A stretch of 64,000 bases of DNA from Poseidonia sp. GTDB lineage: Archaea > Thermoplasmatota > Poseidoniia > Poseidoniales > Poseidoniaceae. Shown here one piece after another: positions 60,012-64,000 of the stretch. The notes beneath the pieces are model-generated. The model did not search any database. It saw only the letters and a program-made list of their open reading frames with translations, and had not been told where the DNA came from. The position numbers and the translations under genes were made by a program. The stretch covers positions 9,113 through 73,112 of the forward strand of contig JBMYQB010000003.1 of assembly GCA_049600935.1 (NCBI GenBank), written 5' to 3'. Position 1 is the stretch's first letter, and every line of letters starts with the position of its first letter.

Positions 60012-61208
60012 ATGCATCGCCGCATAACTTCTCAAAACGGCGTCCATGGCAAGATGTTCCCGCTTTTCCTTCTCGTTCTGTTCGGGATGGCACTCACGCC
60101 ACTGTCCGCCTCTGGCGACGCGCCTTACGAGGAAGCCGATGCTTGCACGTTCGTGGAACATCTCCAATTTGATGGCACCTTGGCCAACGCTTCGGTTCAA
60201 TGGCAAGTTGACTTGGGTCCGCGGATTCCCGGAAGTGATGTCTCCGCTACCTTTCGAAGCAGCATTGATGAGAATCTAACGGCCTTGGGGTATGAGGTCT
60301 CGCAGCAAACGCATGAACGCTATGACATGAACCTCACAAATGTGTTCGCACGCTGGACCCCAAACGGCACCTCCTCTGGACAACTCGTGCTCTCGGCTCA
60401 TTACGATTCACGGAACATTGCCGACCAAGACAGCAACGAGACAAACCGTTCTCTCCCGGTCCCCGGTGCAAACGATGCCGCCAGCGGCGTGGCTGTCCTG
60501 CTGGAACTCGCCCGACACATCCCCTCAATGAACCTCAACTACGACGTTGTGTTGTTCTTCAACGACGCTGAGGACCAAGACCAACGCTACACCCTTGGCG
60601 CAGAAGCCTGGGCAGAGAATTTGACCTCCGAAGAGATCGACTCGACGCACGCCTTTGTGTTGCTCGACATGGTGGGAGACGCCGACCTGCAACTTCACAA
60701 CGTCCTTCCGGGCAACGAGACGCTCAAGTCCCGCGTCGTTGAGTTAGCCACATCTCTCGGCATGGTGAACGGGACCTCGGGCTGCGATGGAACGACCGGC
60801 CGGGACGTTGTGCAATACGACACGCTCGTGGGTGTACTGGACGATCACGTCCACGCACATGAACTCGGCATTCCATCCATTGATTTGATGGACACGTCCT
60901 ACGGCGAACCGAAACCCTACACCTTCGGAAGCCTCTGGCACACCATGGAAGACACACCGGACAAGGTGAGTGCTGAATCGCTCCAAGCGGTAGGTCAACT
61001 GGTGGAATTGGGTCTGCGGACCAATGCTTTTGTCGATGTGGGTTCAAACGAGAGCGAAACGAATCCGCCTGAGCCCTCCGATGCGGAACCGTCATCCAAT
61101 GACGATGTCGAAACGACCGGTTCAGTAAGGCTCGCCTCGATGGCAGCTGTTGGCTTGTTCGCCATCATTGGCCTCATCATCACGGTTGAATGGAAAGGAA
61201 AACCTTGA
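60012..61208 (+). CDS. M28-family zinc aminopeptidase, membrane-anchored
   Basis: 398-aa ORF. Signal/anchor (MFPLFLLVLFGMALTPLSASG). M28 metal-binding blocks (LSAHYDSRN...GANDAASGVAVLLELAR, FNDAEDQ). C-terminal Ser/Glu/Pro linker and TM (VGLFAIIGLIITV). Confidence 0.7.
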   Translation: MHRRITSQNGVHGKMFPLFLLVLFGMALTPLSASGDAPYEEADACTFVEHLQFDGTLANASVQWQVDLGPRIPGSDVSATFRSSIDENLTALGYEVSQQTHERYDMNLTNVFARWTPNGTSSGQLVLSAHYDSRNIADQDSNETNRSLPVPGANDAASGVAVLLELARHIPSMNLNYDVVLFFNDAEDQDQRYTLGAEAWAENLTSEEIDSTHAFVLLDMVGDADLQLHNVLPGNETLKSRVVELATSLGMVNGTSGCDGTTGRDVVQYDTLVGVLDDHVHAHELGIPSIDLMDTSYGEPKPYTFGSLWHTMEDTPDKVSAESLQAVGQLVELGLRTNAFVDVGSNESETNPPEPSDAEPSSNDDVETTGSVRLASMAAVGLFAIIGLIITVEWKGKP

Positions 61209-61220
61209 TGCCCATACGCG

Positions 61221-62129
61221 GTGGAAAAGCAAAGAGGTATTATCCGCGCACGCGCTGGGCGGGACAGGAGGGCTACCATGGACGCAGACCGTGAGGAGCG
61301 AATGGAAGCCCTTCGAGCAAGGGTGAGAGCAAAGAAGGAGGCGGCGCTCAACGGCGAGCCGGAAGAAGAACTCGTGGTCAGTACGGCCGATCTCACCGTC
61401 CAATCTGCGGCCGACGAGGCCGTAGATGAATGGTATGCGATGATCGACCGCGATGCGGACCGATGGAGAAACCTCGCTGCTGCACTCATCTTCATCGGGA
61501 GTCTGCTTGGCATGATGAGCGGGGCTCTTATTCTTCAGGGAAACCCCACAGAGCTGCTCAATACCTCGTTTTTTGCGGAAAGTGACGCCGTTGATATCTC
61601 TGGAACGGCGCTGGAGGACGTTGACGGAAGCGGTGTGGAAAACGTCTCTGTCGAACTCCTCGATGCGACCTCGAAGGCGCTTCTTCAAAGCACCAGCACG
61701 GATGCGTTCGGCTATTTTTCAATGAGCAACGTGCAACAAGAACTCCACATTATTGTGTTCTCAAAAGAAGGATACACAACCGTTGAGCGTACCTTTGTTC
61801 CTGACAATGTTGGACTTGACCCGGTGACCATGAAGCCCGGCAACGGGACACGGGAAGAAAACGATGAGCAATCGATATCCGGTTGGACCCTCGACAACGC
61901 CGTAGGTCTTTCCACCGCCATCGGTTTGCTGACCATCATGACGGCCCTGCTCGGCGTTCAAGCCGCTGTTGAAATCCGCCGAGGAAAGCGATACCGGCGA
62001 AGCCAATACCTTGCTGCTGGAGCCTTGTTCAGCCGTGGCCTCATCATCGTTGGACCAACACTCATCCTCTTTGGAATGATTGTCAACCTGTTTGCAAAGC
62101 ACGACTTTGAGGACGAACGAGAGGATTGA
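61221..62129 (+). CDS. hypothetical membrane protein with carboxypeptidase-regulatory-like (Ig/transthyretin-fold) domain
   Basis: 302-aa ORF, likely start MDADREER at about 61278. TM helix. Beta-sandwich segment GTALEDVDGSGVENVSVELLDATSKALLQSTSTDAFGYFSM...IIVFSKEGYT (CarboxypepD_reg-like). Two C-terminal TMs. Confidence 0.4.
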   Translation: MEKQRGIIRARAGRDRRATMDADREERMEALRARVRAKKEAALNGEPEEELVVSTADLTVQSAADEAVDEWYAMIDRDADRWRNLAAALIFIGSLLGMMSGALILQGNPTELLNTSFFAESDAVDISGTALEDVDGSGVENVSVELLDATSKALLQSTSTDAFGYFSMSNVQQELHIIVFSKEGYTTVERTFVPDNVGLDPVTMKPGNGTREENDEQSISGWTLDNAVGLSTAIGLLTIMTALLGVQAAVEIRRGKRYRRSQYLAAGALFSRGLIIVGPTLILFGMIVNLFAKHDFEDERED

Positions 62130-63499
62130 GCATGTACCTGATCTCAGTCGAAGGCGGCGACGGTTCAGGCAAAGGTGAAGCAGCCCGAATTTTAGGAGAA
62201 TTGCTCAGCGAATTCCCGTTTCCAGATGTGGTGATGACCCACGAACCTCGACGCCACAGCGAACTTGGGAAATTGGCCCTTCAGTCCGTTAAACTTGGAA
62301 ACAAAACACCGTTGGAAGAAGCCGGCTTGTTCGCAGCGGACCGCCTTGACCATTCACATACGTTCATCCGGCCCCACCTTGCCAATGGCGCTGTCGTTAT
62401 TTCTGACAGGAACATCCACTCCTCACTCATCTATCAGGGCGTGGTGGGCGACCTCGGCCTTGAAAAAGTCGCCAGCATGAACGCTGCAGCTATGGTGCCC
62501 GATTTGGTCTTCTGGATTGATTGCGACCCTGAGAAAGCCATGAAGCGAATCAAATCAGGCACGTTAAGAATGACGAGCCAAAAGCAGGAATATTTCGAAA
62601 CCCAGGAGATTCAAACAACCATTCGCCAAGGTTTTCATGACTTGTTTGGAGAGAACGGTGTTGTTCCAGCGCCGTTCAACCAATGCTGCATTGTTGGACC
62701 CATCATGAACGAAGGGGGATTGGACGACCTGAAAACGAAATTGCGGGCCGAACTACGCCGATTTTTCAACAAGAAACCCCTCCCTCTCAATGTTGACCGT
62801 GATGAGGTCGACAGGAATTTGCTCAACACCTTGGTTCATGATGTGAAAAAGCAACGGCGACTTCCCGGTGCCCCACAGGAAAAAACAGCCATCCACATCG
62901 GCTGGCTTGGCGGTAAGTCGCCCGCACAATGGATGGCGGAGGCCGAGGAGAATTGGCCGTCAGCGTCAGCGCAGGACCACGATGTACCGGCCTCACCGTT
63001 GGCTCATTCATGCTGGTCGGTGTTGGGGACGCTCTCGCTGATGGTCGGCTCAAGTGAAGTTCCACGACTTCATGCCGCACTTGGACCCGTCAGAATGGTG
63101 ACGCAACGCCACACTCAGCGCTTGATCAAGTGGTTGTTGGCAGAAAACTGGGTGCATAAACAGCAAAACCATACCCCCTTCAGCGATGCTCAACTCTTCA
63201 AACTCCGAGAAGAACGTCTTGGCTTTGCACGCCTCACCCTCGCCATGTGGCCGCTACGTGCCCAGTTGGCATCCTGGCGTCGAGCCAACCCGGACAAGGA
63301 TTGGTCCACGGCACTGGATGAACTCTTTCACCTTGAAGAAGGGAAAGACCTCTCATCCATCTTGAAAAAAGCCGTTCACGACATCAACCAGCGATTAAGC
63401 ATCCTGACGAGCGGACACGATGGATGTCCGCTGCCAACCACGGCCCCTGAATTGTGTGCGTGGTGGTCGTTGGAACCGCCTGCTCACTCTTCTTCCTGA
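62126..63499 (+). CDS. tmk: thymidylate kinase (dTMP kinase) with approx 230-aa C-terminal extension of unknown function
   Basis: 457-aa ORF. P-loop ISVEGGDGSGKGEAAR (Tmk E-G-x-D-G-x-G-K). DR motif SDRNIHSSLIYQG. LID-like region. Residues about 230-457 (Trp/Arg/Leu-rich, helical) have no recognisable motif. Overlaps the upstream gene by 4 nt. Confidence 0.6.
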   Translation: MSMYLISVEGGDGSGKGEAARILGELLSEFPFPDVVMTHEPRRHSELGKLALQSVKLGNKTPLEEAGLFAADRLDHSHTFIRPHLANGAVVISDRNIHSSLIYQGVVGDLGLEKVASMNAAAMVPDLVFWIDCDPEKAMKRIKSGTLRMTSQKQEYFETQEIQTTIRQGFHDLFGENGVVPAPFNQCCIVGPIMNEGGLDDLKTKLRAELRRFFNKKPLPLNVDRDEVDRNLLNTLVHDVKKQRRLPGAPQEKTAIHIGWLGGKSPAQWMAEAEENWPSASAQDHDVPASPLAHSCWSVLGTLSLMVGSSEVPRLHAALGPVRMVTQRHTQRLIKWLLAENWVHKQQNHTPFSDAQLFKLREERLGFARLTLAMWPLRAQLASWRRANPDKDWSTALDELFHLEEGKDLSSILKKAVHDINQRLSILTSGHDGCPLPTTAPELCAWWSLEPPAHSSS

Positions 63500-63990
63500 T
63501 TGCGAGTTCGCACCAAGGTAAAGGAAGCATTGCCGGGCAGCAAGACCTGTCCTGCTCCATGAAAGTCCTCTGCACGGGCAGAAAACATGGAACACATCAG
63601 GATGCCAAGCCCAATCCCGAAAGGAATGCCCGTCAAGATGCGCTTGATGTTGGTGGATTCGTAGGACGTGAGCAGTTGGAGGAAGCCATCGGCGATGAGC
63701 GGCAGGCAAAGGAGTGTGCCACAAGCCAGCCAGAGCAGCGTGCGCTGATTTTTTGCGTAGACGGGATGCAGCACCCGTTCTGGAAGCAGCGACAAGCACG
63801 TGTCCCTGACCGTCCATCGGTTCCAGCCTCGCCTCGTGAAGACTGCACCACCCAAGAACAGTCCGAAGAAAATGCCAACATCGCGGGTACATACAGGGAG
63901 TTGGTTGTTGTTTACTTCCCATGAGCGTTCATGTTTTTGATGGCAGTTCACATCACCAAAGGCATAGATGAACGCCGCGTATGGGTTCAC
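63484..63990 (-). CDS. hypothetical membrane protein (DUF2085-like)
   Basis: 168-aa ORF with three or four hydrophobic helices and an N-terminal Cys/His-containing segment (FGDVNCHQKHERSW) reminiscent of DUF2085 membrane proteins. 3' end overlaps the tmk-fusion gene by 16 nt. Confidence 0.35.
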   Translation of the reverse strand: MNPYAAFIYAFGDVNCHQKHERSWEVNNNQLPVCTRDVGIFFGLFLGGAVFTRRGWNRWTVRDTCLSLLPERVLHPVYAKNQRTLLWLACGTLLCLPLIADGFLQLLTSYESTNIKRILTGIPFGIGLGILMCSMFSARAEDFHGAGQVLLPGNASFTLVRTRNQEEE

Positions 63991-64000
63991 ATCAGTCCAC

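Overview
This 64-kb window reads as high-GC (roughly 58-60% by eye), gene-dense chromosomal DNA from an archaeon. Archaea-specific markers are ribosomal proteins L37e, L44e, S27e and L10e, aIF2-alpha, Nop10, a PAC2 proteasome-assembly chaperone, ABCE1, a class-III signal-peptide pilin, a geranylgeranyl reductase, an RPA/RPA-associated-protein pair, Hel308 and a Cgi121-like KEOPS subunit. Bacterial-type MutS-MutL and DNA gyrase GyrA-GyrB are also present. Together with the large PKD-repeat surface metalloprotease, EtfAB and the many secreted peptidases, this suggests (inference only) a Thermoplasmatota / Marine-Group-II-like euryarchaeon. Both strands are almost fully coding and the order is largely housekeeping: etfBA, purF, a translation operon (L44e-S27e-aIF2a-Nop10-PAC2), tRNA-Ser, ABCE1, L10e, mutSL, aroA, moaA, isoprenoid lipid genes, a Tad/type-IV-pilus-like assembly locus, rpa-rpap, tldD/pmbA, hel308, gyrAB, aroD and extracellular peptidases. 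I found no CRISPR array, transposase, integrase or other obvious mobile element. The most unusual item is a tandem pair of paralogous proteins (10093..13741, minus strand). Each fuses a RecB/Cas4-type PD-(D/E)xK nuclease domain carrying the 1+3 cysteine Fe-S 'iron-staple' signature to C-terminal RPA-like OB folds. The pair sits between a missed Gly-Gly-terminating SAMP/MoaD-like gene and ABCE1. Other items worth a second look: a protein with three tandem SAP-like helix-hairpin motifs beside the pilus locus; a divergent HemC-fold protein; a single in-frame TGA splitting a FlaJ/TadC-like membrane protein into two T2SSF ORFs; a thymidylate kinase with a ~230-aa C-terminal extension; and a SprT-like zinc protease. 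Four small genes missing from the ORF track were found by hand: rpl37e, the true rps27e and rpl44e starts, and the SAMP-like gene. Family assignments rest only on motif recognition by eye; no searches were run.
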